From Blastocatellia bacterium (GTDB lineage: Bacteria; Acidobacteriota; Blastocatellia; RBC074), in assembly GCA_031409955.1 (NCBI GenBank), contig JANNYF010000152.1:7070-71069 (forward strand): a DNA stretch of 64,000 bases, given 5' to 3'. This document shows positions 21,326 to 32,177 of the stretch, in pieces. The position numbers were made by a program, and so were the translations under genes. How positions within the stretch are numbered: the stretch's first letter is position 1; each line of letters begins with the position of its first letter. A model generated the notes under the pieces. That model did not search any database and was not told where the DNA came from. It worked only from the letters and a program-made list of their open reading frames with translations.

Positions 21326-21666
21326 TTGCAGACAAGCAAAAAGGCATCCATCAGTCAACTGACAGCGCGTTACGCCGCCATTCAGGCTCGCTTAGAAAAA
21401 AATCGCGCGAGGTACAACACGCGAACGAACCGCTCAACGCAGACTTTGCAGAACAAGCCGTCAAGCGCGAAAACGATGAAGTGCTGGATGCGCTGGACAG
21501 CGCAATCCGCGCAGAAATGGAACAGCTTCAAATCACGCTGAAGCGGCTGGGTGAAGGAGCGTACGGCATTTGTGAACGCTGCGGAAACCCCATCCCAATC
21601 AAACGGCTCGCAGCATTACCCCAGGCGAGCCGCTGTGTGGCCTGTGCTGAACAAGCGCAAGCCTGA
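21326..21666 (+). pseudogene. TraR/DksA C4-zinc-finger protein split by a frameshift at A7
   Basis: The first frame (..QLTARYAAIQARLEK) and second frame (REVQHANEPLNADFAEQAVKRENDEVLDAL..YGICERCG..RLAALP..CVAC) join at the A7 run 21396-21402. Confidence 0.75.
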
Positions 21667-21732
21667 ATCGGGCAGACGGGCAAGCGCGGGAAATCATTTG
21701 ACTGCACAACGTTCAATCCGAGACAATCAGCC

Positions 21733-22659
21733 ATGATGACTTTAGAGAAAATCTTTTGCCCAACTGATTTGCATTCGTCCCACAACGAAGCGTTGAGCTA
21801 TGCGCTGGCGTTGGCGAAAGATCATGAAGCGAAACTATATGTCTGCCACGTGGCAGAGGTAGAGGCATTGTCTGACGAAGCAGTACTCAAGTTGCGCGCG
21901 CAGCTTTCAGAAACCGTGCAACGGCATTGTTTTCACGATAGCGCAGGTCGTGCAGGATTGCCCGATTGGGAGCCAATCATCGCGATTGGTGATGCCACCG
22001 ATGTTGTTCCGCGTATCGCTGCCCAGCGACATGCAGACCTGATCGTGATGCACTCCCGGCGACAAACCTACGCTGCCACGTTGCTGGGTTCGACCGCCGA
22101 AGTTGTCAGCCGCACGGCTCCGTGTCCGGTGTTGGTTACACACCCAGACGAACACGATTGGGTCAACACGGAAACTGGGGAAATCCGGCTCAAGAACATT
22201 TTGATGGCGTATGATTTCTCGAATGATTCAGAAGTGGCACTGACACTTGCGCTGTTCTTCGCCGAAGAATATCAGGCCGCGCTGCATTTGCTGCACGTGA
22301 TCCCAACGAGCAGCGAAACGGCGAAAGGCACAACCGAGGAGCTGGAAAAAATCACGCTCGAATTGCAAGACGCGATTCCCGAAGACGCGCAGCTTTGGTG
22401 TGAGGTCAACACGGCGGTGCGCGAAGGCGTGCCGTATCGAGAGATTTTGGAATATGCCGACGAATACGAGATTGACCTAATCTGCCTGGGCGTAAGTGGC
22501 GTGGGCGGCGAGTTGCAAACACCTTTCGGTTCTCATCTCGAACCTGTTTTGCGACAGGCTTCGAGTCCCGTTTTGATCGCGCGTCCGCTGAAGGCCGCAA
22601 GCCTGGTTTTGGCGGAAACCAAAACGCAAACAGATGCTCAAACCTTATTTGAAGGGTAA
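21733..22659 (+). CDS. Universal stress protein, tandem UspA domains
   Basis: [25 protein letters not shown] and a second domain ILMAYDFS. Confidence 0.93.
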   Translation: MMTLEKIFCPTDLHSSHNEALSYALALAKDHEAKLYVCHVAEVEALSDEAVLKLRAQLSETVQRHCFHDSAGRAGLPDWEPIIAIGDATDVVPRIAAQRHADLIVMHSRRQTYAATLLGSTAEVVSRTAPCPVLVTHPDEHDWVNTETGEIRLKNILMAYDFSNDSEVALTLALFFAEEYQAALHLLHVIPTSSETAKGTTEELEKITLELQDAIPEDAQLWCEVNTAVREGVPYREILEYADEYEIDLICLGVSGVGGELQTPFGSHLEPVLRQASSPVLIARPLKAASLVLAETKTQTDAQTLFEG

Positions 22660-23882
22660 ACGCAACGAACGGTATCGCGCGCAATCAATAACTCTTCGTC
22701 CGTTGGAATCACGTATGCGGCAAGGCGCGATTCAGCGGTGCTAATCAAGCCTTCGCGTCCACCAATCATTGCGGTATTAAGCTCAGCATTCAGATGCAAG
22801 CCAAACCATTCCAAACCCGCACAGATTTGTGCGCGAATCTCGGCAGAGTTTTCGCCGATCCCGCCCGCAAACACGACGGCATCGGCTCCATTCATTGCCG
22901 CCAAATACGCGCCGAGATATTTGCGCACGCGGTAGCAAAACATCTCAATCGCCAACAACGCGCGGCGGTCTCTGTTCTGCTGTGCTTCATCCAACAAATC
23001 GCGCATATCGTGCGTCAGGCCAGAGATGCCCAGCAACCCGGATTGTTTGTTCAGTAGGCTTTCGACTTCGCGCGCCGACAAGCCTTCTTTCAGGCTCACG
23101 AAATCCACGATGGAAGGGTCCAGATCACCCGACCGCGTACCCATCATCAAGCCTTCGAGCGGCGTCATCCCCATCGAAGTATCCAGCGAATTGCCGCCCT
23201 TGATGGCCGCTGCTGAACAGCCATTGCCGAGGTGCAGCGTGATGATGTTGACGTCCTCGCGTTGCAAGTTGCGAAGCTGGCGATACCGATACGCGATGTA
23301 GCGATGCGAGGTGCCGTGAAAGCCGTAGCGCCGAATGCGATGCCGCCGATAGAGTTGATACGGCAGGGCGTACAGATACGCGTGTTCCGGTAGCGTTTGA
23401 TGAAAAGCCGTGTCAAAGACAGCAACCTGTGGCACACCTACGCCAAGCAGTTCGCGCACCGCGAGAATGCCTTTGATATTGGCGGGATTGTGCAACGGCG
23501 CAAGGTCAATACAATCTTCGATGCCGCGCAAGACTTCGTCAGTAATCAATGCCGATTGCACAAAACGTTCACCCCCGTGCACCACGCGATGGCCAACGGC
23601 TTGGATGTCGGTAATGCTACGAACTTCACTGATGCTGGAGGCTTCAGAACAGGCCCAGCGTAGGATGAAATCTACCGCCGCGCGAATGTCGTGCAGCAAA
23701 GCGGTTGAGCGTTGCGCCGCTTGTCCTTCGGTTTGCAAAGACAAGACTGCTTCGCCGCCGATGCGTTCGATGACGCCGCGCGCCAGTCGGCGATCCGTGT
23801 TTTGTTCGATTGCTTCAACGTCTGTTGCGATCAATTGAAACTTGATCGTGGAGCTGCCACAGTTCAAAACCAGAATGTTCAT
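22638..23882 (-). CDS. ackA: Acetate kinase
   Basis: [54 protein letters not shown]; ATG at 23882. Confidence 0.97.
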   Translation of the reverse strand: MNILVLNCGSSTIKFQLIATDVEAIEQNTDRRLARGVIERIGGEAVLSLQTEGQAAQRSTALLHDIRAAVDFILRWACSEASSISEVRSITDIQAVGHRVVHGGERFVQSALITDEVLRGIEDCIDLAPLHNPANIKGILAVRELLGVGVPQVAVFDTAFHQTLPEHAYLYALPYQLYRRHRIRRYGFHGTSHRYIAYRYRQLRNLQREDVNIITLHLGNGCSAAAIKGGNSLDTSMGMTPLEGLMMGTRSGDLDPSIVDFVSLKEGLSAREVESLLNKQSGLLGISGLTHDMRDLLDEAQQNRDRRALLAIEMFCYRVRKYLGAYLAAMNGADAVVFAGGIGENSAEIRAQICAGLEWFGLHLNAELNTAMIGGREGLISTAESRLAAYVIPTDEELLIARDTVRCVYPSNKV

Positions 23883-24105
23883 AACCAAACTATACTGCAA
23901 GCTTGAGACCAACACGAAGAAAGGGGAAAACAGTCGCCAAAGATATTGCGATAGAGGCGTTGGCACGAGGGAAGGACGGCATTTTGATTGGTTTACAAAA
24001 AGAGAAAACCAGCGCTTCACTTTTGAGCGAAGCATTGTGTCGAAGGAGAAGATATTGGAGGTGTCGTTGTTGGGTTTGGCGAGGGTGTTAGCGCAATAAA
24101 GTGCG

Positions 24106-24633
24106 TTATTTTCTGCGCGCGAAAAGTTGGGTCAGGTAAATGCGACCTTTGGCATCCACGGCAACGCCGATGCCGGTTTCAGTCAAATCCTGATCCAAAA
24201 TGTTGTGACGATGTCCGTTGCTGTTGAGCCAGCCTTTGACGGCAACATCCGCCGGGTCAGGATGCCCATAGTTCATCGCGATGTTTTCGGCGAGACGATT
24301 CCAATTGGTGATGCCGAAGCCCACCACGCGTTTGCGCATAGTGGTTCCATTGGGACTGACATGGTTAAAATAATCGCGCATAGCCATGTCCTGGCTGTGC
24401 AAACGCGCGACACCAGACAAATCCTTCGCCATTGACAGAGGCACGAGATGGTTTTCCTCGCGAAAGCGATTGATCGCGGAAAAGACTTGTTCTTCAATGC
24501 TGGCGGCAGTCGCAGCGCTGGAAACGGCAGCGGCAATGGGCACATTCGCCACCGCTTTTGTCGGGGGAGTCAAGACGTCAGACGCCAACAAAACAGACGC
24601 CAGACACAGAACAAGGCACAACACACGATACAT
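24106..24633 (-). CDS. CAP (SCP-like) domain protein
   Basis: [36 protein letters not shown]; SD GGAG before the ATG at 24633. Confidence 0.92.
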   Translation of the reverse strand: MYRVLCLVLCLASVLLASDVLTPPTKAVANVPIAAAVSSAATAASIEEQVFSAINRFREENHLVPLSMAKDLSGVARLHSQDMAMRDYFNHVSPNGTTMRKRVVGFGITNWNRLAENIAMNYGHPDPADVAVKGWLNSNGHRHNILDQDLTETGIGVAVDAKGRIYLTQLFARRK

Positions 24634-24863
24634 CTCGTAGCTCCTGTCAAAATGTGACGAAGGATGGGTCGGGGGCGGAAGTCGCAAAAACTATCTTCTT
24701 CGGTGTAGGTACTAAATGGTTTCGATCTGTCGTTATTTATTTTCGGGAAAAGGATGATTGTGAAGACTGACCGCTATTCAGTCATCGAATCGGGGCGGAT
24801 TATGCCTGACGAAAACTAATTTGGCAACCCTCAAGTCGCAAATTGTTTTGAATAAATTTATTG

Positions 24864-26933
24864 TTATTGTGTGTTCTTGATTTTGTCGCGCAGACGCGCA
24901 ATGACACCGACTTCAACCGAGTGCTCCAAGGCAACTTCCCAATTGCGCCGGGCTTCCTGCGCGCGTCCCAATTCCCGCAGCACATCGCCGAGGTGTTCAT
25001 ACACCATCGCATTGCGGCGCGCATATAACGCGGCCTTTTCCAAATGACCACGCGCTTCCTGCAAGCGTCCCATCTTGTACTGCACCCAGCCCAGGCTATC
25101 GAGGAAGCTGCCATTCATCGGCTCAATGCTGACGGCCTTTTCGATCAGCGGCAGAGCTTCGTTGTAGCGCGCGCTGCGTTCTGCCAGGTAATACCCCAGA
25201 TTGTTCAGCGCCGTCGCATTGTCCGGTTCACGTTGCAACACGGTGCGCAATGTTTTTTCGGCTTCGGAGCGTTGTCCCGCACGATCCTGGATGGAACCAA
25301 GTTGGATCAGCAAATCCATATCGTTCGCATCAAGTTCCAACGCTTTGCGAATCGTGGCTTCGGCTTCCTTGAGCTGCCCGCTTTGCAATTGAATATTGCT
25401 CATAATGGTCAGCAACGTCGTGTCGCCCACCGTTTGTTCTTTGAGCATCGCGCGCAGCGCTTCAAGGCTTTCATTGTAGTTGCGCAAATCGCCCAAAACC
25501 ATCGCTTCCGTCAACTTCAGCGAGCGGTCGGTGGGATAGCGAGTGAGCGCGGCGCGCGTGGCTTCCAACGCTTCGCGGTATTTGCCTTCCTCGCGTAACC
25601 CATCAATCAACAAAGAGCTGACCATCGGATTGTTTTCGCCCAGCAATTGTTGCGCGCGCGTGAACACGGCCTGCGCTTTTTTCTTGTCGCCCTGCCGATT
25701 GTACGTGCGCGTGAGCTGTGCCACTACGGTTGTGAGCGTTTCGGTGCTGGACGCATCCAGTTTGGTTTTGGTGGTTAGTTCGTTGAAGACACCTTCGTAA
25801 TAAGCAATCGCATCGGCGGCGCGTCCAAGTTCTTCGTACGTTTCGCCCAGAATCAGATTGAGCTTTTGCCGCGCGCCCGGCTCCAAACTGGTAATTCCCT
25901 GTTTGAGCGTTTCGACGGCTTCCGCGCGTTTGCCGGAGCGGCGTTGTGCCACTGCCAGCAATTCGATCACACCCGCATTGAGCGGATCCGCTTTTTGCAA
26001 TTCACGTAGCTTCGCAATCGCTTCGCCGTAGCGTCCGGCCCGCACCAATGCCGCCCCATATCCGATTTGCAGCACGGGCGTGTCGAAGCGTTTCAGTAGG
26101 CGGTAGTACGTTTGCAGTTCCTCTTCGCCGTTGCTGGACAGACGCAACATATTCATCAAATTGCGCGCATTGACCGCAGACTCAGGGTCACCCTCGAACG
26201 CGCGGCGGGCGGCTTCGATGGCTTGCGCGCGCTTGCCCTGGGCGGAATACAATTGCGAAAGCTGATACCACGCTTGATCCGGCGAGATTTCCGTATTCAT
26301 CACCTGACGATAAAACGTTGTTTCCGTCGGAGCGCCTATCGCCGTCAGCTTTTCGAGCGCTTTGGTCTGGCGCGCCAGATCATTTTTCGTTTGATACAAA
26401 TCCGCTAGAAAAGCCCACGCCTCCGCATTAGTCGCATCAAGGCGCGTGACTTCTTCGTAAGCGCGAATGGTGCGGTCAAGTTGTGCGGGCTTCGCTTCTT
26501 TTTCGGAGCGCGTCAGGATGAGATACAGCCGCGCCAGCCACCGATGCCCATTCAGGCAATCCGGGTCGAGGCGAATGGCCTCTTTCGCCTCGCGTTCCAT
26601 CGCATCGGTTTGCCCCAGATAAAGATAAATCTCGCTTAAATCGGCGTGTGGATCGGCGGCAGTGGGATCAAGCTGAATGATCTCTTTGTAGATCGTGACC
26701 AACTCGCCCAAATTGGGCTTCCGCAAAGATTTCATTCGTTGTGCTTCGATGTAGCGCAGATAGGCTTGCTTGCGATTGCGTTTGGCTTCGGCAGATTCGG
26801 AGACGGGAGCGGACGCCGTCGCCTGATTCGAGGGTGCGGGCGGTTGCGCTCCTTGCCCGGCCAAGGCCGTTGTCAGCGAAAGTAGTAGGCTTGCGCCATT
26901 GCTTGCTATGAATTGTTTCCAGGTTGATTTCAT
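24864..26933 (-). CDS. Exported tetratricopeptide repeat protein
   Basis: Signal-like N-terminus and many TPRs, including ALNNLGY..DSLGWV. Confidence 0.9.
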   Translation of the reverse strand: MKSTWKQFIASNGASLLLSLTTALAGQGAQPPAPSNQATASAPVSESAEAKRNRKQAYLRYIEAQRMKSLRKPNLGELVTIYKEIIQLDPTAADPHADLSEIYLYLGQTDAMEREAKEAIRLDPDCLNGHRWLARLYLILTRSEKEAKPAQLDRTIRAYEEVTRLDATNAEAWAFLADLYQTKNDLARQTKALEKLTAIGAPTETTFYRQVMNTEISPDQAWYQLSQLYSAQGKRAQAIEAARRAFEGDPESAVNARNLMNMLRLSSNGEEELQTYYRLLKRFDTPVLQIGYGAALVRAGRYGEAIAKLRELQKADPLNAGVIELLAVAQRRSGKRAEAVETLKQGITSLEPGARQKLNLILGETYEELGRAADAIAYYEGVFNELTTKTKLDASSTETLTTVVAQLTRTYNRQGDKKKAQAVFTRAQQLLGENNPMVSSLLIDGLREEGKYREALEATRAALTRYPTDRSLKLTEAMVLGDLRNYNESLEALRAMLKEQTVGDTTLLTIMSNIQLQSGQLKEAEATIRKALELDANDMDLLIQLGSIQDRAGQRSEAEKTLRTVLQREPDNATALNNLGYYLAERSARYNEALPLIEKAVSIEPMNGSFLDSLGWVQYKMGRLQEARGHLEKAALYARRNAMVYEHLGDVLRELGRAQEARRNWEVALEHSVEVGVIARLRDKIKNTQ

Positions 26934-26988
26934 CTGACTCCCCCTCGCATTCGTGACTGCAACGTGAACTCGCAAAATGACTCTGTTA

Positions 26989-27537
26989 TTACTCGGTCTC
27001 GCCCAACCCCAATTTGATTTGCTCGGCGCTCATCGGAGTGGCTGGCTGCGCCGTTTTTTCCGATTCAAGCTCGGCCACCGCGCGCTCCCATTCGCCGCGT
27101 CGTGGAAAGCTATACGCAATCAGCAACAACGCCGCAATGCCGAGTCGCCAACTATATTCGCGGTTGCTCGTGACCAAACTCGCCACGACGCCCAGAATGC
27201 CGACGACATCGCCCAGCACCGCACCGACCAACGCGCACAGATACAACTGACTCAACAACGCGTTGACGCCCAGCCGCCCGGCTTGCAGCAACCGCGCGGG
27301 CGCAAGAAAAAAGCGGCGCAGAAACACAACGGCAACCGATACAACGGCAACGAGGCCAATGATGATGTAATGGCTATTCGTCAGCCATTCGTAATCGCCG
27401 CGCGGCATCGCCGGAGCAAACGCCCAACCAATGACGACATACAACACAGTGCTGACGCCGAGCGCCACGACGAGCAACGCTGTCAACCGATACCGCGCGC
27501 TCAAGGCAGTTTGATTGGCACTGGAGATGTACATCAA
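26989..27537 (-). CDS. Hypothetical 4-TM membrane protein
   Basis: Four hydrophobic helices; ATGA overlap with the upstream gene. Confidence 0.8.
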   Translation of the reverse strand: MMYISSANQTALSARYRLTALLVVALGVSTVLYVVIGWAFAPAMPRGDYEWLTNSHYIIIGLVAVVSVAVVFLRRFFLAPARLLQAGRLGVNALLSQLYLCALVGAVLGDVVGILGVVASLVTSNREYSWRLGIAALLLIAYSFPRRGEWERAVAELESEKTAQPATPMSAEQIKLGLGETE

Positions 27538-28109
27538 CGCTTCTCCACGATCAGGTCATCGCCCGTGCCCGCCTTCAAATCCGGGCCGGACGAACTCAAT
27601 CGGTATTCATTGGTCGTGCCGCGATACAACAACGGCCGCTCCCACAAATCAAAGCGCATCGGCATCGGCAAATAGCGCGGCGCAAGTTGTTCCAGCAGTT
27701 GATCGAACCCCTCCGCCATCACATAGCCGCCGCGCTCTTCTTGGTACGCCGCAAGCGCTTTGGTAATTTTTTGCAACACGTCTTCCGTGCGGCGAATCTT
27801 TTCGCGGCGAATTGCTTCGGTGACCAATTCGACGGATTCCCAGTGCTGATCGCCGAGCCGAATATCCGCAACTTTCCACTCGCCCTTTTCCTGCTTAAAG
27901 CGCAACGCAGTTTCAATGTTTGCTTCGACCACTGCGTTCGCGCCGAAGCCATTGCTGACCGTTTTGATACGCACCTGATCGGGTTTCAATTCCGCGCCGC
28001 CGAGCTTGCGAATCAACGCGCGCGCGTGTTTGGCAGTCAACCCGCCCGCCGCCCAAACGGCGACGCCGATAGTTAAAATCGTGATGGCAAACATGAATCG
28101 TGGGATCAT
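27534..28109 (-). CDS. Membrane-anchored protein with C-terminal GspG/T2SSG-like domain
   Basis: LQKITKALAAYQEERG..DLWERPLLY..YRLSSSGPDLKAGTGDDL; no prepilin cleavage motif. Confidence 0.78.
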   Translation of the reverse strand: MIPRFMFAITILTIGVAVWAAGGLTAKHARALIRKLGGAELKPDQVRIKTVSNGFGANAVVEANIETALRFKQEKGEWKVADIRLGDQHWESVELVTEAIRREKIRRTEDVLQKITKALAAYQEERGGYVMAEGFDQLLEQLAPRYLPMPMRFDLWERPLLYRGTTNEYRLSSSGPDLKAGTGDDLIVEKR

Positions 28110-28353
28110 ACAGCACTGCTTTCGACGGAACGCGAGGATGGTAGCAAAAGTCCCTGCGGAACGCGAGCGGGCCGATTGGCTTTGTTTTATTCGTCTCAAG
28201 GGGAAGCCTCCTCCCATCTAGAACATTCAGAAAACATTCTCGCGGGCTGCTCGTACACAGCACATAGCATCGCGTTGGAATCCATTGTAGAATGCCGGGT
28301 CATTGCTGGTGGATAGGCTGTCTGTGAATGTTGAGGTGGAGCGGGAAACCGTT

Positions 28354-28890
28354 ATGAGTTGCTGTCATCAATGCCGGAACGAAAATTTGACGGGCGCAGA
28401 ATTTTGCGATGAATGTGGTGCGCGTATGCAAATCCTGCTGGCGCAAGCCCTGGTTCCGCCGCCCCCGCCGAGCTTTTTATGTGACGATTTGAAGCCAAGT
28501 CCGGCGCGCCCGATTTCTCCCATCAGCAGATTGTTTGAAGATGAGGAAGAAGTGGTGAGTGGCAATGCGCGTCTGGTATTGATCGTGGCAGGGCGCGCGG
28601 GCAAAGAGTTTTCGCTCTCGAGGGCAGAGATGTTGATCGGGCGGTGGGATGCAGCGCGCGGGATTTTCCCCGATGTGGATTTGGATGATGCCGATCTGGA
28701 AACCAAAGTCTCGCGGCGACATGCACGCATCTTCAGCCAAAACAATCAATTTTGGATTGAAGATTTGGGCAGCCTCAACGGCACGGTCGTCAATCGCCAA
28801 CATCGCCTGCAACGCGGGCAACCGTATTTACTCAAAGACGGAGACGAAATTATCGTCGGCAAGACCTTTCTGAAATTTAGCCTTGTGTAG
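28354..28890 (+). CDS. Zinc-ribbon plus FHA domain protein
   Basis: CHQC..FCDECG; FHA motifs IGR, VSRRHA, DLGSLNGT. Confidence 0.92.
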   Translation: MSCCHQCRNENLTGAEFCDECGARMQILLAQALVPPPPPSFLCDDLKPSPARPISPISRLFEDEEEVVSGNARLVLIVAGRAGKEFSLSRAEMLIGRWDAARGIFPDVDLDDADLETKVSRRHARIFSQNNQFWIEDLGSLNGTVVNRQHRLQRGQPYLLKDGDEIIVGKTFLKFSLV

Positions 28891-28894
28891 CGCT

Positions 28895-30412
28895 ATGCCT
28901 TACTGTTCCCATTGTGGCAATCAGACTGGAACCGGAGACCCCTACTGCGGCGAATGTGGCGCACGGCAGGAAGCGGTCGCCATGCCTTCGACGCCACTGG
29001 TCACGCCGCCCAAACCAAGGGGCAGCGTCAACAATGCGCCGATGAACTTTCAGCTTGCACCGGGGACGGTGTTGGCAGATCGCTATCAAATCCAGCAACG
29101 TGTGGGCGGCGGCGGCATGGGGTCGGTGTACAAAGCGACCGATCGCAATCTGGCGCAGCGCGTGGTGGCGGTCAAAGAAATGATCGAACTCTTCGCCGAT
29201 CAAACCGCCCGCGCTAAAGCCATTGAAGATTTCAAGCGCGAATCCGAATTGCTGGCACGGATGGAGCATCCTTCGATTCCGACAATTTATGATTACTTCT
29301 TTGATCTGACGCGAGGCCGCTATTATCTGGTGATGAAGTTCATAGATGGCGGCGATCTCGCCACCTATCATCAAGCGGCGAAAGGCATCGTGGATGAAAT
29401 AACCGTCACGCGCTGGGCGGTGCAAATCTGTGAGGTGCTGGATTATATCCACTCGCAAACGCCGCCGCTGATTTATCGAGACTTGAAGCCGGCGAATTTA
29501 ATGCTGGATGCCCGCACGCAACGTGTGATGTTGGTGGACTTCGGCATCGCGCGCATTGTGGCTCCGACGCAGAAAGGTGTCACGGCAGTTGGCACCATGG
29601 GCTACGCGCCACCGGAGCTGTTTGCCGGCAAGGCGACACCCGCTTCCGACTTGTATTCATTGGGCGCGACGATGTTTCATCTGCTGACCGGCAAAGACCC
29701 ACAGGACAACCCGCTGTTGATTTTCGACTTTACAAAAAACCCCACGCCGCGCGCCATTAATCCGGCGCTCACCGAATGCATGGAACAAATCATTTGCCGC
29801 GCTGTTGAGCATGAGGCTTTAGCGCGGTTCCCCACCGCCCGGGCTTTTGGCCTGGCATTGGAAGCGCACCTCAACGATCTCAAGGCTGACAACGTCACCA
29901 GCGCCATTCCAATCATGGTCAGCGCCGCCCCGGTAATTGACCCGGTAATTGAAAGGCTTGAGGAGAGCGCACAACCGGCGGTGCCTGCGCCGTTGACTTG
30001 CGTTACTTGCAGCGAAGAGATTAGTCTAGGTGATCTGTTCTGCCCGTATTGTGGAACCGTATTGCAACGCGGTCAACGCATCACAGCCCGACTGATAGTG
30101 TTTGGAACCAATGAAATCGCAGCGCAATTCCCGCTGGATGTGGAAGGCGAACATCTGATCGGTCGCCCGGATCCGCACAATGGCGTCATTCCTGCCGTAG
30201 ACCTTTCGCGCTACGATAAAGGCGGTGGTGTTTCACGGCGTCACGCACGGATTATTACGCGTGGTCAGCAATTTATTATTGAAGATTTAGGCAGCAGCAA
30301 TGGCACGTTCATCAACGACAAACTCCAACTGGGACCGTCTGTGCAACACGTGCTGCGAAGCGGCGACCTGGTGCGTCTCGGCAGTACACAACTCCGGTTT
30401 ATGATTAACTGA
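28895..30412 (+). CDS. Ser/Thr protein kinase with zinc ribbons and C-terminal FHA
   Basis: CSHCG..CGECG; GGGGMGSVY, VAVKE, YRDLKPAN, DFG, APPE; CVTC..FCPYCG; IGR..SRRHA..GSSNGT. Confidence 0.95.
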   Translation: MPYCSHCGNQTGTGDPYCGECGARQEAVAMPSTPLVTPPKPRGSVNNAPMNFQLAPGTVLADRYQIQQRVGGGGMGSVYKATDRNLAQRVVAVKEMIELFADQTARAKAIEDFKRESELLARMEHPSIPTIYDYFFDLTRGRYYLVMKFIDGGDLATYHQAAKGIVDEITVTRWAVQICEVLDYIHSQTPPLIYRDLKPANLMLDARTQRVMLVDFGIARIVAPTQKGVTAVGTMGYAPPELFAGKATPASDLYSLGATMFHLLTGKDPQDNPLLIFDFTKNPTPRAINPALTECMEQIICRAVEHEALARFPTARAFGLALEAHLNDLKADNVTSAIPIMVSAAPVIDPVIERLEESAQPAVPAPLTCVTCSEEISLGDLFCPYCGTVLQRGQRITARLIVFGTNEIAAQFPLDVEGEHLIGRPDPHNGVIPAVDLSRYDKGGGVSRRHARIITRGQQFIIEDLGSSNGTFINDKLQLGPSVQHVLRSGDLVRLGSTQLRFMIN

Positions 30413-30476
30413 TAGTTGGGTTTTGGATTTTGGATTTCAACCCTCCAATGTCAAATCCCAGTAGCCCCCAAATACG

Positions 30477-30974
30477 ATGAAGACTTCATCCGAAACTATT
30501 TTCACGGTTCCGCCAAAGGTAAGCGAGAATCCGTTTGTCCAGAAAATCCCGACGCGGACGGAAGCCCCGGCTAGTCTAGGCCTACGAGCAGCGGCTTTTT
30601 TAGTGGATTACATTTTGACACTGCTCATTCTGGGCGTCGCGATCTCGCTGGCGATGATTTTCAAGAACGCCTTCCCCAGCGTTGCCAGTTGGATCATCAA
30701 TCTCGGTTATGTGGCAATGCTGGGCTTCGTGGTGTGGAACTGGGGATATTTGAATGTGCGGGATGGGCAGCGCATCGGGCAACGCCTGGTCGGAGTCAAA
30801 ATCACCTGCGCGGACGGTAGTGTTTTGGGATACCGCACGATTGTGCTGCGGCATTTGCTGGGATATCCGCTCTCTTTGCTGTGTGTGGGGCTGGGGTTTT
30901 TATGGATCATTCTGGATCCGAAACAGCGCGGCTGGCACGACAAGCTGGCGGGCACCTTGGTTGTTAAGAGTTAG
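30477..30974 (+). CDS. RDD family membrane protein
   Basis: LRAAAFLVD, GQRLVGVKI, RGWHDKLAGTLVV. Confidence 0.93.
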   Translation: MKTSSETIFTVPPKVSENPFVQKIPTRTEAPASLGLRAAAFLVDYILTLLILGVAISLAMIFKNAFPSVASWIINLGYVAMLGFVVWNWGYLNVRDGQRIGQRLVGVKITCADGSVLGYRTIVLRHLLGYPLSLLCVGLGFLWIILDPKQRGWHDKLAGTLVVKS

Positions 30975-31022
30975 CAGTGACGGATGAGATCGCCCCATCA
31001 TCCGCTGTTCGAGGTAACAAGT

Positions 31023-32177
31023 ATGCTCAATTGTGGGAAATGTGGAGCATCGGTCACGGAAACGGCGATTTATTGTGCAAGTTGCGGTCAGCGCCTGGCG
31101 GCGAACACTTCGTCAGCAACAGACGCTAAATCAGACTCTCCCCTAACCAAAGCCGCCAGCGCATTAGCCAAAGCTTCCGGGCTGGCAAAATCGCAACCGA
31201 ACCCGCGCTTTGGTTTGCTGGTGCGCGGGCTTTCCATTGTGGCTGGCGTCGTGCTGGCGTTCAGCGCGTATCTGGTCTATCGCAATCAAAGCTCGGTGGG
31301 CGGCACTCCGCCTGTCCTCAATATTGTCGCGCCGTTGGATAAATTCAACCGCCTGGTACAAGCCGGGAAACTCAGCGCCGAACAGGGGGATTTCAAAGCG
31401 GCGATTGTGAACTTCGAGGAAGCCGAAAAGCTGGTTCCCAACGATACGGATGTGCTGAAAAAGCTGGCGGATTTTTACTCCACCAATGGGCAGGTAGATA
31501 ACGCCGTGGCCAAATATTCCCGCATTGTCGAGCTGGATCCAAAAAATGTCGAAGCGCGGTACCAACGGGCGGAAATCCACATGACGCGGGGCTTCTGGAA
31601 GGAAGCGGTCGAAGACCTTCAGTATCTGGCCAGCAATGCTGCTCATACTGAGCAAGGCAACCTCGCGCGGCAAATTCTCGGCGGTGGCTTCACCGCCAAA
31701 CGCACGATTGAGTCATTGCCCGAAAAACATGCTTTGGCAAGAGGGCGCGGCAAACGCGGGCTGCAATTACCCGAAGTGAATGACACGCCGCCGCAGTTGG
31801 CGCTCACCTTGCCCAAGCTGGTCAATGGCGTCCCGGTGGCTCCGCTCAGCGCTTCGCCTTCCTCCGAGGAATATACCGGTGCCAGTGTCCTGGCGAAACG
31901 GCACAAAGACAAAGGGCAATATTATCTCAACGCCAGGATGTATTATTCCGCCATCAAAGAGCTGCAAAACGCGCGCCAATTGACATTTGATGACAGCGAT
32001 CTCAATTATCTGTTGGGACAAGCCCACGATGGGTTGAAGCAGTACCCGCAAGCGCGCAAATTTTATGAGCAGTGTGACAGCGGCGTGTATGTTCAGGTCG
32101 CCCGCGGAGCCGCCCAACAAGCCCGGAAAAACGAACAAAAACAAGCGAAGAAAACCCGCGAGAAAACGGACGATTAG
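31023..32177 (+). CDS. Zinc-ribbon, single-TM, TPR protein
   Basis: CGKCG..YCASCG, a TM segment (LSIVAGVVLAFSAYLVY) and TPR repeats. Confidence 0.85.
   Translation: MLNCGKCGASVTETAIYCASCGQRLAANTSSATDAKSDSPLTKAASALAKASGLAKSQPNPRFGLLVRGLSIVAGVVLAFSAYLVYRNQSSVGGTPPVLNIVAPLDKFNRLVQAGKLSAEQGDFKAAIVNFEEAEKLVPNDTDVLKKLADFYSTNGQVDNAVAKYSRIVELDPKNVEARYQRAEIHMTRGFWKEAVEDLQYLASNAAHTEQGNLARQILGGGFTAKRTIESLPEKHALARGRGKRGLQLPEVNDTPPQLALTLPKLVNGVPVAPLSASPSSEEYTGASVLAKRHKDKGQYYLNARMYYSAIKELQNARQLTFDDSDLNYLLGQAHDGLKQYPQARKFYEQCDSGVYVQVARGAAQQARKNEQKQAKKTREKTDD

Noticed and set aside
23903-24091. 62-aa plus-strand ORF between ackA and the CAP gene
   Set aside because: No RBS, no motif; probably spurious.
26977-27675. 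232-aa plus-strand ORF
   Set aside because: Shadow of two convincing minus-strand genes; no domain signal.
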